DNA from: Coniocarpon cinnabarinum | Taxonomy: Eukaryota | DNA length: 64,000 nt | Assembly: GCA_051942205.1 (NCBI GenBank) | Contig: JAVECO010000073.1 | Location: 1 to 64,000, forward strand | Reading direction: 5' to 3' | Shown here: one piece after another, positions 1 through 10,473 of the stretch | Layout: the number at the start of each line of letters is the position of its first letter | How positions within the stretch are numbered: position 1 is the first letter of the stretch | Notes under the pieces: generated by a model | The model's input: only the letters and a program-made list of their open reading frames with translations | The model's database searches: none | Told to the model about the DNA's origin: nothing | Program-made: the position numbers and the translations under genes

Positions 1-59
1 GGGAGAGCGAGGGAGCGGGCGGCGTGGCGGGTCAGGGTGTGGGCGTGGGTGGCGGCCAT
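1..59 (-). CDS. possible 5' end of a gene running off the window (MAATHAHTLTRHAARSLAL..., resembles a mitochondrial presequence)
   Basis: ATG at 59 on the minus strand in tcaATGG context; frame open to the window edge; Ala/Arg/His-rich with no acidic residues. Only 19 codons are visible. Confidence 0.35.
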   Translation of the reverse strand, partial: MAATHAHTLTRHAARSLAL

Positions 60-276
60 TGAGAGGGGTCGCTTAGACGCTGAGAGGAGCGGTGATGCGC
101 ATGAAGAGGCAGTACAGAGGGACACTGAGAGTACACGAGAATGCGGCGTATCGGAGCTTTTGCACCACGTACAGGTTCACGCGTCGAGGATGCAGACGCG
201 CATTTGGGATACTTGCCTGAATGGGACCGCGGTGAGGCAGATCTGGACCCAGGATCTTGGGCCTTGTCTTTGGATC

Positions 277-308
277 TGATAGCCTGATAGCCTGATAGCC
301 TGATAGCC
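277..308 (+). repeat. perfect tandem repeat (TGATAGCC)x4, each unit containing a GATA core
   Basis: Read directly from the sequence. Confidence 0.95.
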
Positions 309-309
309 T

Positions 310-417
310 CACGTCAGTGTCTTATATCCTCTAATCACGTGACTTAGCGTGTCGATTACCACCAATCACCGCGCGCAGACTACATCACGTAATTTGAGGA
401 AATCTGACACCGACGTG
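310..417. repeat. imperfect 33-bp inverted repeat (MITE-like or bipartite regulatory element), copy 1
   Basis: Arm 310-342 CACGTCAGTGTCTTATATCCTCTAATCACGTGA versus reverse complement of 385-417 CACGTCGGTGTCAGATTTCCTCAAATTACGTGA: 27/33 identical. Confidence 0.75.
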
Positions 418-1170
418 GCCCCGCCATCTCGTCTGTACCGTATCGTACTATATCTCACCTCGTTCTCGCTTCGCACCTGCATCGCCGGTTGCCTCACCAC
501 TGCTTCGGGCTGTCATCTTTGCGAGGACTGGCTCGAGGGGACCCGCCGCGCGCCGTTGGACATGTCCGCTGGCACGCAACGCTTAAGCATAGTCCGATCG
601 TGGCGTTTGCCCCTGCGAGATGGGCGACTGGATGCCGGGATGGCCGTCCGTCGTCCCATCTGCGGGCAGCTGCAGGCAGATCTCACCCACGCGATCCATC
701 TGCCCAATCACTCCCCTGCGATGCCCGTTAAGCTCATCTCACTGTGCAAATCTAAAACTCCTGCCTGCCAGATCCACCTCCCGGGCTATACCTCGAATGT
801 GCTTTATCCGTTCTCCAGTCTACGCATGGTGCTGCAGCGAACACCCATGGGCACAGCGTAGCAACGCGGTCACTTCTGCGTTCGGATCTAGGCCGCAAGT
901 CGCTCGCTCCATGTGGGCCCTCTGCCCGCCGCCGTTCCCACAATGCACTCTGCCTTTTCCTTCATCGGGCTCGGCTTGAGCTTCGAGTGTTTGTGTTGGG
1001 CTTTGCTTGCTATGTCCACAGCCGAGCCATCACACTCCTGGGCCAAGATGCCGGCAACATGCCAATGACCTGACCAGTCTATGCTACGTGAGCAAAGCTG
1101 CAGACGGTGGTTTTCGGCGCAAAGAGCAGTCCCTACCAGATCAGAATCTGCAGTCGCTTAAATTGCCACG

Positions 1171-2184
1171 ATGCCGCTTAATTTTCCCAAACTGCTTCTA
1201 AATTCAGCAAGTCCTTGGGCTAGTGATAAGCAGCAGCTGACTGAATTGTACAACTCCCCCTACACCGGTGCGGTCACCGTCCGCTCGACTCTCTTGACTG
1301 GGTTCGACCACGATGACCGGGTCAATCAGTGGACCTTCTACGATGCGCGCTCGAATACCCCCATGCCCAACAGATCGCCCAACGCCAACTCGAGCATCAA
1401 CACGTATGGGTACAGCCCCACCTCCCTCTCGGACTATTTGGCCATGATAGAGGAGATCGTCGCCGAGAACCCAGCAACCTTCAAGAAGCCTTTCGTTGTC
1501 TCAGTCACCGGCACTGCTCATGATGTCGCCGAGTGTAGGCGCGTCATCTCTGCTCATGCCAGAACGACGTCCATCCCCCTGCTGATGGAGATCAATCTCT
1601 CCTGCCCTAACATTGTCAATAAACCTCCGCCAGCTTATTCAAGCATTGTCCTGCAGGAATATCTTTTCGCGTTGCAGCGCTCGGACAATGATGGTCACGC
1701 CATCCTGACTGGCATCAAAACCTCACCCTACACTTACCATGACCAGTTCGTACAGATTATAGATGCCCTCAAAATGACGACAGGCGGCGGCCTACGCTGT
1801 CCTGTTGATTTCATCACGGCGACAAATACGCTAGGCAATTGTCTCGTCATGACCGAATCAGAAGAAAACTCGCGGTTTGTTCCTGCAGTGAATTCTGCAT
1901 CTGGCTTCGGGCTCGGTGGGGCGGGAGGATCCGCGATTCACTCGCTCTCACTGGGAAACGTGGCAACGTTGAGGAGATTGCTGGATGCGGAGGCCGGTTT
2001 GAAGCACATTGAAATCATTGGCGTGGGTGGGGTGTCAGATTATCAGGGCTACGAGCGGATGATGTCGGCTGGGGCGAGCGCGGTCGCGATAGGGACTGCG
2101 TTTGGCAAAGAGGGCATTGAGATTTTCCACAAGATCTCGAACGAGTTACGAACGGTGGGGTCAACCTTAGAGAAGGTGTATTGA
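1171..2184 (+). CDS. class-I dihydroorotate dehydrogenase-like FMN enzyme (Ura1-like; probably the fungal dihydrouracil oxidase subfamily)
   Basis: 337-aa intronless ORF with LLNSASPWA, SINTYGYS, EINLSCPN (catalytic Cys loop), GIKTSPY, TATNTLG and IIGVGGV motifs; no N-terminal membrane or mitochondrial extension. Confidence 0.88.
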   Translation: MPLNFPKLLLNSASPWASDKQQLTELYNSPYTGAVTVRSTLLTGFDHDDRVNQWTFYDARSNTPMPNRSPNANSSINTYGYSPTSLSDYLAMIEEIVAENPATFKKPFVVSVTGTAHDVAECRRVISAHARTTSIPLLMEINLSCPNIVNKPPPAYSSIVLQEYLFALQRSDNDGHAILTGIKTSPYTYHDQFVQIIDALKMTTGGGLRCPVDFITATNTLGNCLVMTESEENSRFVPAVNSASGFGLGGAGGSAIHSLSLGNVATLRRLLDAEAGLKHIEIIGVGGVSDYQGYERMMSAGASAVAIGTAFGKEGIEIFHKISNELRTVGSTLEKVY

Positions 2185-2597
2185 ATGAGATGAGCGGATG
2201 CAATGTTATACGGAGCAGTACACATTTGTCGCCGTATGCCAGAGATACCTTGTAAGCTTCTGGAGATGCACGTGATTTTGTATACGTCTCTTCGCTTGGT
2301 GACATCGTTACTGCAGGCTGCTTTCCCATAGAATCATGGGGGGCTTTGAGTGGTCTTTTGATGGAGGATTGTTGTTTGCCGTGACAGGGACGCGCGGCCA
2401 AAGAGAGTCAGTGAAATGCAGTCAGCACGAGCCGAGCGTGGGTGGGCCAAGCTCCTCCTTCGTCAGCCGACCTCTGTCCAAGTTGTTGACTGCGCGGCTT
2501 CCTAGTCCGCTATGCCTTTCTTTACCTATACTTGAACTTCGTGCGCTTGGTGAACAAGAACCTCTCTCCAATCACGCTCATTTTTAGAGAAGCCAAG

Positions 2598-4405
2598 ATG
2601 ACCGACCAAATAACCTCCGACCGGTCTGCAGATCCCTTCGCCGATCCTTTTGCAGACCAGAACGAGATTCCCACGTCTACCATGCAAGATCTCTCCGACG
2701 AGGCGGAGAATAGCACTCTCATTCTCGGACGTAATGTGTCCCTGACACTAGCAAGAGACACTCTCATTGTAGTCGGTATGAGGACTGCGCAGGCTGTCGC
2801 AGCACAAGCTAGAAGCGACTAACACATCCTCCAGACGAAACCGTCCCATCCAGCAGCCCTTCGTTAACAACATGCTGTGGCCTCATCTCTCCGTACAGGC
2901 TGCCCCTGCATCTGCGGCGAACGGCCCACATCCCTACTCGCTCGATCTCGTACTACCACATCCTGGCTGCCGACCTCAGCTTTGACAGTTTCACCATCAC
3001 ACATGCCTCTCCACCTTCACCCCGCTCCAAAGTCGTGCGACCCACTCGCCTTTCGTACCCCGTCCAAAAAGACCAGCGGCCGGCCGTTGCGGCATTCGCT
3101 TCCAAGCTCCTGCGTAAGGCATACCCTGCGAATACACTCAAGAACAAGCGCATCAAGGTTTTGGTAAACCCGTTTGGTGGCAGAGGCACGGCGCAGAAGT
3201 GGTACACTCGCGATGTGGAGCCTATATTCCGGGCTGCTGAGTGTGAGCTGTCAGTCGAGCAGACCCGATACAAAGGGCACGCTGTCGACATCGCAGAACA
3301 TCTCGACACCACGGTTTTCGATGTCGTCGCATGCTGTTCCGGCGATGGTCTTCCACACGAGGTGTTTAACGGCCTCGCGAAACAGCCCGATGCCCGCCGC
3401 GCACTGAAGCGAGTTGCGGTCACACAGCTCCCTTGTGGATCTGGCAATGCCATGTCTCTCAACTACCACGGCACAGACGCGCCCTCACTTGCAGCATTAG
3501 CAGTCATCAAGGGTGTGCGAACACCCCTCGATCTCTGCGCCGTCACTCAGATCGTCGATGGAGAGGAGCAAAGATATCTCAGTTTCCTCAGCCAAGCCGT
3601 TGGCATAGTGGCCGAGACAGACCTGGGCACTGACCATCTCAGGTGGATGGGCGATTTGCGGTTTATCTATGGAACTCTGACGAGGCTATTTGGGAAAACA
3701 ATCTACCCTTGTGACATTGCCGTGAAAGTGGCTGTCGAGTCGAAGTCTGCCATCAGACGGCATTGCAGAGAGTATCACGCCAATGCTCTGGAGGAATCTA
3801 CTGAATCTTCGCAATCACCGAATACCAGAGTGCCTCTTGCTCTCTCCTCAGACGACCCTAAGAAGCTCACCACCAACGATGCTAGTCCTATTGGCGACTC
3901 CCACCAACCTCGCCCAGACCTCGCCGCCAACGAACCAGCAGGCCCGCTCCCAGCCCTCTCGACCACGATCTCCACACCTCTCCCCTCATCCTCAGACACT
4001 TCCTCCTCCGATACATCCACCTCGGGCTGGACACCTCTCAGTCCCTATCCCACCCTCGGCAACTTCTACGCCGGCATGATGCCCTTCATGGCAGCAGGGA
4101 TGAATTTCTTCGCCGCCGCCCTCCCCCACGACGGCACTGTCGACCTTCTCACAATCGACGGTCGGATCCCACGTCTTCGAGCTCTGCACATGATGCTGAG
4201 TCTCCAAGCGGGCGCCTTCTTCAACTTCGACGAGGTGAATTACCGGAAGGTGAGTGCGTATCGTGTTGTACCGAGGGCGGGGGAGGGATACATCAGCGTT
4301 GACGGGGAACGCGTGCCGTTTGGGGGGTTGCAGAGCGAAGTCTGTCAAGGGTTGGGGGTGACGCTATCGAAAAGTGGGGGATTGGAAGGGCCGCGCTTTG
4401 AATAG
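2598..4405 (+). CDS. LCB4: sphingoid long-chain base (sphingosine) kinase, Lcb4/Lcb5 family; join(2598..2775,2835..4405)
   Basis: VLVNPFGG, CSGDGLPHEVFNGL, LPCGSGNAMS, LRWMGDLRF and ISVDGE motifs; intron GTATGA...GACTAAC...CCAG (2776-2834) joins the frames. Confidence 0.92.
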
Positions 4406-5194
4406 ATCTGTAAGTGTGGGTGTTGGCGGGTTTTGAATGCAGAGGTGCGATGGTGGTGGCAATTCGTGGTTTGGTTCTTTGGAGCGCTGCATGGGGTGGG
4501 TGATGGGACAGGGTTGGATGATTGTGAAGGGACGGAGGTGGATAGCGGTGTCTGGTTCAGCAAATGGCGGGACTGGACGCCAAGGATGTGTGACAGAGTC
4601 TCATTGCGCAAACGAAACTCGGATGAGTCGAGAAGTAAAGAAGGGTCTACTCCAGGCGTGAACATGGACATGGACGGAAAGGTGGACACGGTTTGATCGT
4701 GGAGAACGCGACGTATATGTGATGCATGGAACAGGCGTTTCAACAGAGAGGGAGGCTCGCTCGTTGTGATACCCCAATTTATTCTTCTTAAGACGTTGGC
4801 AACGTACAGGTCTTCTTCGATGTCTTTGTTCTCCCTCGTCTTCTCCTCCCTCTTCCACATTCTTGTCCCTCTCGTTCTCCTGTCTCTTTCTCGCAAAACG
4901 TCTTACTCGTAAACACATCTTCTTCTAATATTGCTTCCTAGCGTACGGGTTTTGGACTTACTTCCCTGTCATTACTACTACGTTACTACTACTTCTTGAG
5001 ACTTCCTGCCTTCTGAACAGCGATTTGTTTTCATTCATGTATGGGAAATTTGTTCATGTCCATATGAGAAAGAAAGACTCGTCTTGAAGCCACTATTATA
5101 ACTTAAATCCCGCTCCCTCACTCTCCCTCCTTCCTACCTCGTTCTTCTTGGATTTTGGGGGATTATCTGGGTGCACTATCGAGGGATGGATTGG

Positions 5195-5275
5195 ATTAAG
5201 GGATTGGAGCAGGGAATTGGAGCAAGGAATTGGAGCAACGGCAGCAAGGGATTGGAGTAAGGGATTGGAGCAAGG
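5195..5275 (+). repeat. degenerate tandem repeat of about 12-13 nt (GGGATTGGAGCA-like)
   Basis: About five imperfect copies of ggattggagca/ggaattggagca. Confidence 0.7.
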
Positions 5276-6364
5276 TTTGCTATATTACTGGCATCGGGGT
5301 TTGAAGGAGATGATGTTTATGGCTTGGAATGGATGGGCGTAGATGCTCTGACAGTCATTTCCACCGCTGTAGCTCATTACACCGCTGCAGTGATGCCACC
5401 GCTGTAGTTGATCCAACCGCTGCATTGATGACAGACGGTGTATTGATGACAGATGCGAAGACGCGTATATAGAGGATAGTCTACGTTCCTCCTCCGACCG
5501 TCACAAAGAGTGATATACGTCAGTGTCATATCCAGCCGACACCGAGTGAAGGACGACCAAAAGCGGCTGTGCGTTTCGAAAATTCAGCGAGGCCTTTTAG
5601 ATATTTACGAAGCTCATGTAAGATCAATGAGGCTCATTAGAATCGACGGAGTTCAAATAAAAGGTGGAGATGGGAAGGTAAAGAGGGAATGGTATTGGGA
5701 CGTGGCGTCGGTGAAGTGACGACTTATCGCGAAGTAACGAAGCTCATGGTGAAGTGACGACTCATGGCGAAGTGATGAAATTTATGGTAAAGTGGTGAAT
5801 TAGAAGAATCGGTAGATAAGAGACTGAATTTAAAAAATTGTAAGTGAGACTCAACGTCCCAACCATGCTCTTGTTTCGAGACATTTGGTTTGAGGTTTTT
5901 TAGTTCGGAGGGATCTTGTTTGCATGGGATCTTGTTCGCAGAGGGTGTCGTGTGAGGAGTGTTAATGATAGACGACTTCACTCTCTGAATACTTTCTCCT
6001 TTACAGCTCGAGAGTACTGAGCACGCATGATTTTACGATAAGCAATAAGGCGGCCTCTGACGTCTTGTTACATTCAGGAGAGGGATTTGCTGTTCTGTTC
6101 GATAGCAGATCTACCTCGTAACGTTGTATTAACACTCTAATTATTTCGCCGACGTACTAGCGCGTGTATACTGCGTAATGATATTTGTAATTTCGCTATC
6201 TTAGGGCATGTACACACTTTAGCACTTCTTTCGCGCAGTAACCATAGAAAAGAATCATAAAAATACACATTAGCTAGAGAAACTAGTAAACGAAGATAAG
6301 AGGTATAGACTATTGTTGCTATACATCTTACAGTAGATTTAGACCTAGCAAAAGAGGCTGTATG

Positions 6365-6910
6365 GGCTTGTAAATCGGTTAGACGAGTCTACTGTACTGT
6401 CTGAACAGGAGAATGCACAGCGCTTTTGGCTCTTGCAATGCCAGGGTGGGCATTATCCCAATACTGATTGTAAGAACATACAAAATAAACACGAAGGATT
6501 GCCAATCTACTCAAGAGGCATAGAAGAGTGTTAAAGACATGATTAATTGTTGCTACTCATCTACCAGCACACTTGTAAGTCAAAGTAAAGCTTGTGCATG
6601 CTTGTCACTGGGTTAGACAAATCTAATGCTCCTTACAAGAACTAGATTAAATATTAGCCGCTGCTATCATGTTACCTTTATCGTTCTCAGCACTAAGCCA
6701 GTGCATGAAATATTGACAATAAAGACGAAATCAACCCTTGACGAGACATTGAATTTTGAGTATTGAGCATGCAGCTGATTGCTGCTGTTCGTAATGCATA
6801 GTACTCATTTAGGATATATGCTGTGAAGGCTTGTGACTGGGTTAGACGAGGCTACTGCTCTTCAAAGAGAGAGAGGTAGTAGAAGGCGCTTTCTGCTCTT
6901 GCACTGCCAG
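6365..6910. repeat. degenerate direct repeat, three copies about 232 nt apart, in AT/TpA-rich DNA
   Basis: GCTTGTnAnTnGGTTAGAC-like core at about 6366, 6600 and 6829; copies 1 and 3 also share GCGCTTTnnGCTCTTGCAnTGCCAG. Confidence 0.55.
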
Positions 6911-7042
6911 AAAGAAAGTCAGTCTCGATGCTCTCAACGCGCGGGAAAACATCAGCCAAATCAGCATCAGTCATCATCAATGAGCAGGAAGAACCCTGCA
7001 TATTGCTTGCCACAATCCTAAAGCACAATATCGTCAAATGCA

Positions 7043-9118
7043 TCATCCCACCTCCGCCCCATTTCCATTCCCATTCCCATTCAAAGCCCCCTCCTCTTGT
7101 TGCTTCTTCCACAAGCGCGCCCGTTCCATCAATCCAACCAGCGCGCCATTCGTCTCCTGATCCTCCGGAAAAATCCAAGCCACGTACTCCTCCCACTCGC
7201 CTTCCCCGACTTTTCTCCGCTTCTTCGCCTTGCGCGGCTGTTTCTTCTCGACTTCCGCCAGGGACTCTGCATCGCCGCATTCGCGCTCAAATGCCAGCCA
7301 CTTCTCGAGGAGTTGCGCACGCTGCTCGTGCGTTTCGGCGTCGTCTGATGCTTTGAAGGACGTTCCGGCGCGTGTGAAGATCTTGCGAGCGCGCGCGATG
7401 GCTTGAGTTGTGGGACCAGTGGCTTCGTCTTCTTCTTCGGTATTGGTGTCGGGGTCGGGGACGCTAAGTTCGAAGGTGGCGTACGAGACCCAGACCTTGA
7501 CATGGCTCGTCTTCTGGAGAAGCCGCTCATATAATTTACGAGTGTCGTCGTACTCGCCTTCATCTTCCATGAAATTGATGTAAGCGCGCCAGAGACGCTC
7601 CGGCATATCGAGCACTTCTTGACTCACGCCGAGTTCGAAGATGGCTTTAGCGCGGTCGACGTCGTCGAGTGCCCGTTCCAGGTGTGCGAATTCGATCCAC
7701 GCCGCGCAGTTGGAGGGATCAAATTCAAGGCGTTTGGTGTGTAATGTGCGGCAGCGTGTAAATTCAAAGAGCTTGCGTTCGAGTTCAAGATAGGAGCGGA
7801 ATATGCGATCTTTAGGGCAGAGACCAAGGGCGCGACCGAGAGTTTTCCGCGCCTGCGTGAGTTCGCCTTGACGAACCAGAAACTGCGCGTAGAGGACCCA
7901 GAGTTTGGCGAAGGTGAAGTGCTTGTGAGGAACAATTTCGAGGGCTTTCTGGTAGACGGCTTTGGCGCGGCTGATGTCTTTTTGGGGACTCGTCTCGCAG
8001 TACAGGGCGTAGAAGATGAAAAGATAGACGTAGCGTCGCCAGTGGCGCTTCTCGGTGCTGGGGGGGACCTCTGCAATGGCGCGCTCGTAGACGTCGCATG
8101 TTCTCTCAAAGTCGCCGCCGCTTTCTTCGAGACGGCCGCATTCGATCCAGGTGTCGTATTGCTTTGGTGATTCGCGCAGGGTTTCTTCGTACTGGACGCG
8201 ACGTTTTGATAGGATTACGTCCTCGACGCCTTCTCGACCTCCGAATTGCTTCTCGAAGCGTGTGTACGCTGCGTGCAGATTGCCAGATTGCGAGCGCGGC
8301 ATTGAGTCCAGGGCGAGCTTGTAGATGGCTCGCGCGCGGTCATACTCTTTCGACTTGGTCTCAAATCGTGCGAAGGACATGAAGATCTTCTCGTCCATGA
8401 AGTCCTCGCCGAGTGTCTCGATGGCTTCACTGAATACCGCACGGACAAGCTCTGAAGTGCCATTCTCTTCCTCAAATCGAGCCCACTTGATCCAATTGGG
8501 AGGCTCTGGATGCACAAAAGTGAAGCGCTTGAAGATGTCACGAGCGCGGTCGTACTCGCCGTAGCGTTTCTCAAGCTTAATGTACGCCGACCATGCATTC
8601 TGATCAGGCTGCCACGACATCCATCGCTCAAACACTTGTCGCGTGCCGGCAACATTGCCCAGTGTCTCTTCCATATGCACATACTTGTACCAGAGCTTGT
8701 CGTTCCGTGGAAGGATCGTCACGGCTCGATCGAGCAGATTACGAGCATGATTGATGTTCCGCTCTTTCATCTCCGCTTCAATATAGCGAATCCATAACAC
8801 GATGCTGGTGGAGTCGACGTCCAGCGCGCGCTCGAAGACGCTGCGCGCGCGGCGATACTCCTTCTGTTCCAGTTCCCATTGCGCATATTGCATCCAGTTC
8901 TTCATAGAAATCCGGTTCCGCCGCACATAGTCTTCAAATTCTTTGCGCTTCCGTCCCTGGTATTCATGGAGCTCTTCGAGATCGGCGAAGCGCTGTGTCG
9001 GGGCTTGAACCTTTTCTTCTTGACGGTCGACGGCTTCGCGAAGGAGTTGCTCGGCTGAGATCTGCTGAGGCGCTGCAGCCTTATTGCGCACGCGTGGCGC
9101 GCCTCTTGCCTCGGCCAT
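7043..9118 (-). CDS. CLF1: pre-mRNA splicing factor Clf1/Syf3 (crooked neck, HAT repeats; NTC complex)
   Basis: 691-aa intronless [31 protein letters not shown], multiple HAT repeats, [12 protein letters not shown]-terminal EEYxxxIFPED. Confidence 0.97.
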   Translation of the reverse strand: MAEARGAPRVRNKAAAPQQISAEQLLREAVDRQEEKVQAPTQRFADLEELHEYQGRKRKEFEDYVRRNRISMKNWMQYAQWELEQKEYRRARSVFERALDVDSTSIVLWIRYIEAEMKERNINHARNLLDRAVTILPRNDKLWYKYVHMEETLGNVAGTRQVFERWMSWQPDQNAWSAYIKLEKRYGEYDRARDIFKRFTFVHPEPPNWIKWARFEEENGTSELVRAVFSEAIETLGEDFMDEKIFMSFARFETKSKEYDRARAIYKLALDSMPRSQSGNLHAAYTRFEKQFGGREGVEDVILSKRRVQYEETLRESPKQYDTWIECGRLEESGGDFERTCDVYERAIAEVPPSTEKRHWRRYVYLFIFYALYCETSPQKDISRAKAVYQKALEIVPHKHFTFAKLWVLYAQFLVRQGELTQARKTLGRALGLCPKDRIFRSYLELERKLFEFTRCRTLHTKRLEFDPSNCAAWIEFAHLERALDDVDRAKAIFELGVSQEVLDMPERLWRAYINFMEDEGEYDDTRKLYERLLQKTSHVKVWVSYATFELSVPDPDTNTEEEDEATGPTTQAIARARKIFTRAGTSFKASDDAETHEQRAQLLEKWLAFERECGDAESLAEVEKKQPRKAKKRRKVGEGEWEEYVAWIFPEDQETNGALVGLMERARLWKKQQEEGALNGNGNGNGAEVG

Positions 9119-10473
9119 GATGTGACTGAAGCAGTCAGTCGCTGGCCTGGCGATGTAATGGAAGAGGTATCGAAGAACTCAAACCAAGTTGCTGTTAAGA
9201 TGAGCAGTCAGGTGCAAAATTATCGCCGCTAATTCCGGTGTATTGTGCGGAATGCTTCCGCTAGGACGCATGTTGGAGACACAGGAGGTGATAGGCCTAC
9301 GATTTCATGTTTAAATTTCTATCAATCAGTGCGCCATTGAATCGCACAAAACTTTGTGTGCTACTTCATAATGTGTCTGGCTACGTAGAAGCGACAAGGT
9401 TGGCGCAGACCATTTCAGCCCGGAAATCACGTGTGCTTTACCTTCAAGCGTTTATTCGGCCTCCAACTGCCGCTTTGCCTTTGCGTACTGTTGCCAGTGG
9501 CCTCTCTCGCGGCTCGTGACTTTAGAAAAGCGAGTCTGATCTGGAAGACAATCCCTCTTGCTGTTGAATGGCTTGCAAGCGCACTCCTTTCATGGAAATG
9601 CACTCTCCCAAATCCGTCCACTTTACTATCGAAGATATGCCGTAAGCCAGACGAAAATAATGACCTCCTGGTGTTTTCCTAGGAATGCGATGGGTGAATT
9701 CGTCAACGACTCAACGCCGTGGGACGGGAGGAAGTCTTGCAACACGGACTTCGTCCAAATAGTCACGATCGTCATGTACGAGGATACCAAAGCGTTTGAC
9801 CGGCAAACCGAGGTTTACCAACTACAGATGGAAGCTGTTGAACGAGTCAACCAAGTGTAAAATCGCGTACGAAATCCTCGTGCGTGGACATTATCGCCTT
9901 GAACGCAGGCTTGGTACCAGCGTCAAGCCGAACGAAAGGTTCCTGATCAGCATCAACTGGCTTACACGAATTGCATTATCGATCTTGCAAATCTTAAAGG
10001 GAATGTACTTCTTGACCCAATACAATTCTCGTGTAGGCCCTCGAAGTATTCTTCGAGCTTGGTCAACTTCATAGGCATGGCCTTGCCTCACAGTGATCAG
10101 ACAGTGGTTAGAAGGCATCGAGCGCAGAGCGAAGGTAATAGATCACCTAGCTTCCATGTTGAGATTACAAAAGGCTCATATATAGTAGTGTTAGCTGCTT
10201 CGTCACGAAACAATCATTCTCACCTGCAGACGCCAACATCGCGCGCTACTGCAGATATCACGTGATGATACAGTTGTGCCTTAGTATCGAGGCCTAATCA
10301 TTCTCTTGACCACTGGCCGGCAATCTTCTGTCGCCGTAGCTGCTCACCGCAAAATCGCGTTTGCAGGACTCTCAAATTATTTGCCTGGTGGTAGGGTGGG
10401 CGCCAACGTAGATTAGATAGCCCGAGCAAAGGTGAGCCCACTTCCAGATCTTCGCAGCGAAGCAACTGTTCCA

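Noticed and set aside
349..1201. Several ORFs (170, 119 and 80 aa) and tiny upstream ATGs before the Ura1-like gene
   Set aside because: Mostly non-ATG starts, no motifs or coding bias; TSS unknown, so uORF status cannot be supported.
4345..5981. ORFs in the CT-rich and low-complexity region after LCB4
   Set aside because: Products mirror simple-sequence composition; no consistent splice model.
9307..10265. Short ORFs between CLF1 and PRP31
   Set aside because: No recognisable domain or coherent exon chain; treated as promoter DNA, though a small gene is not excluded.
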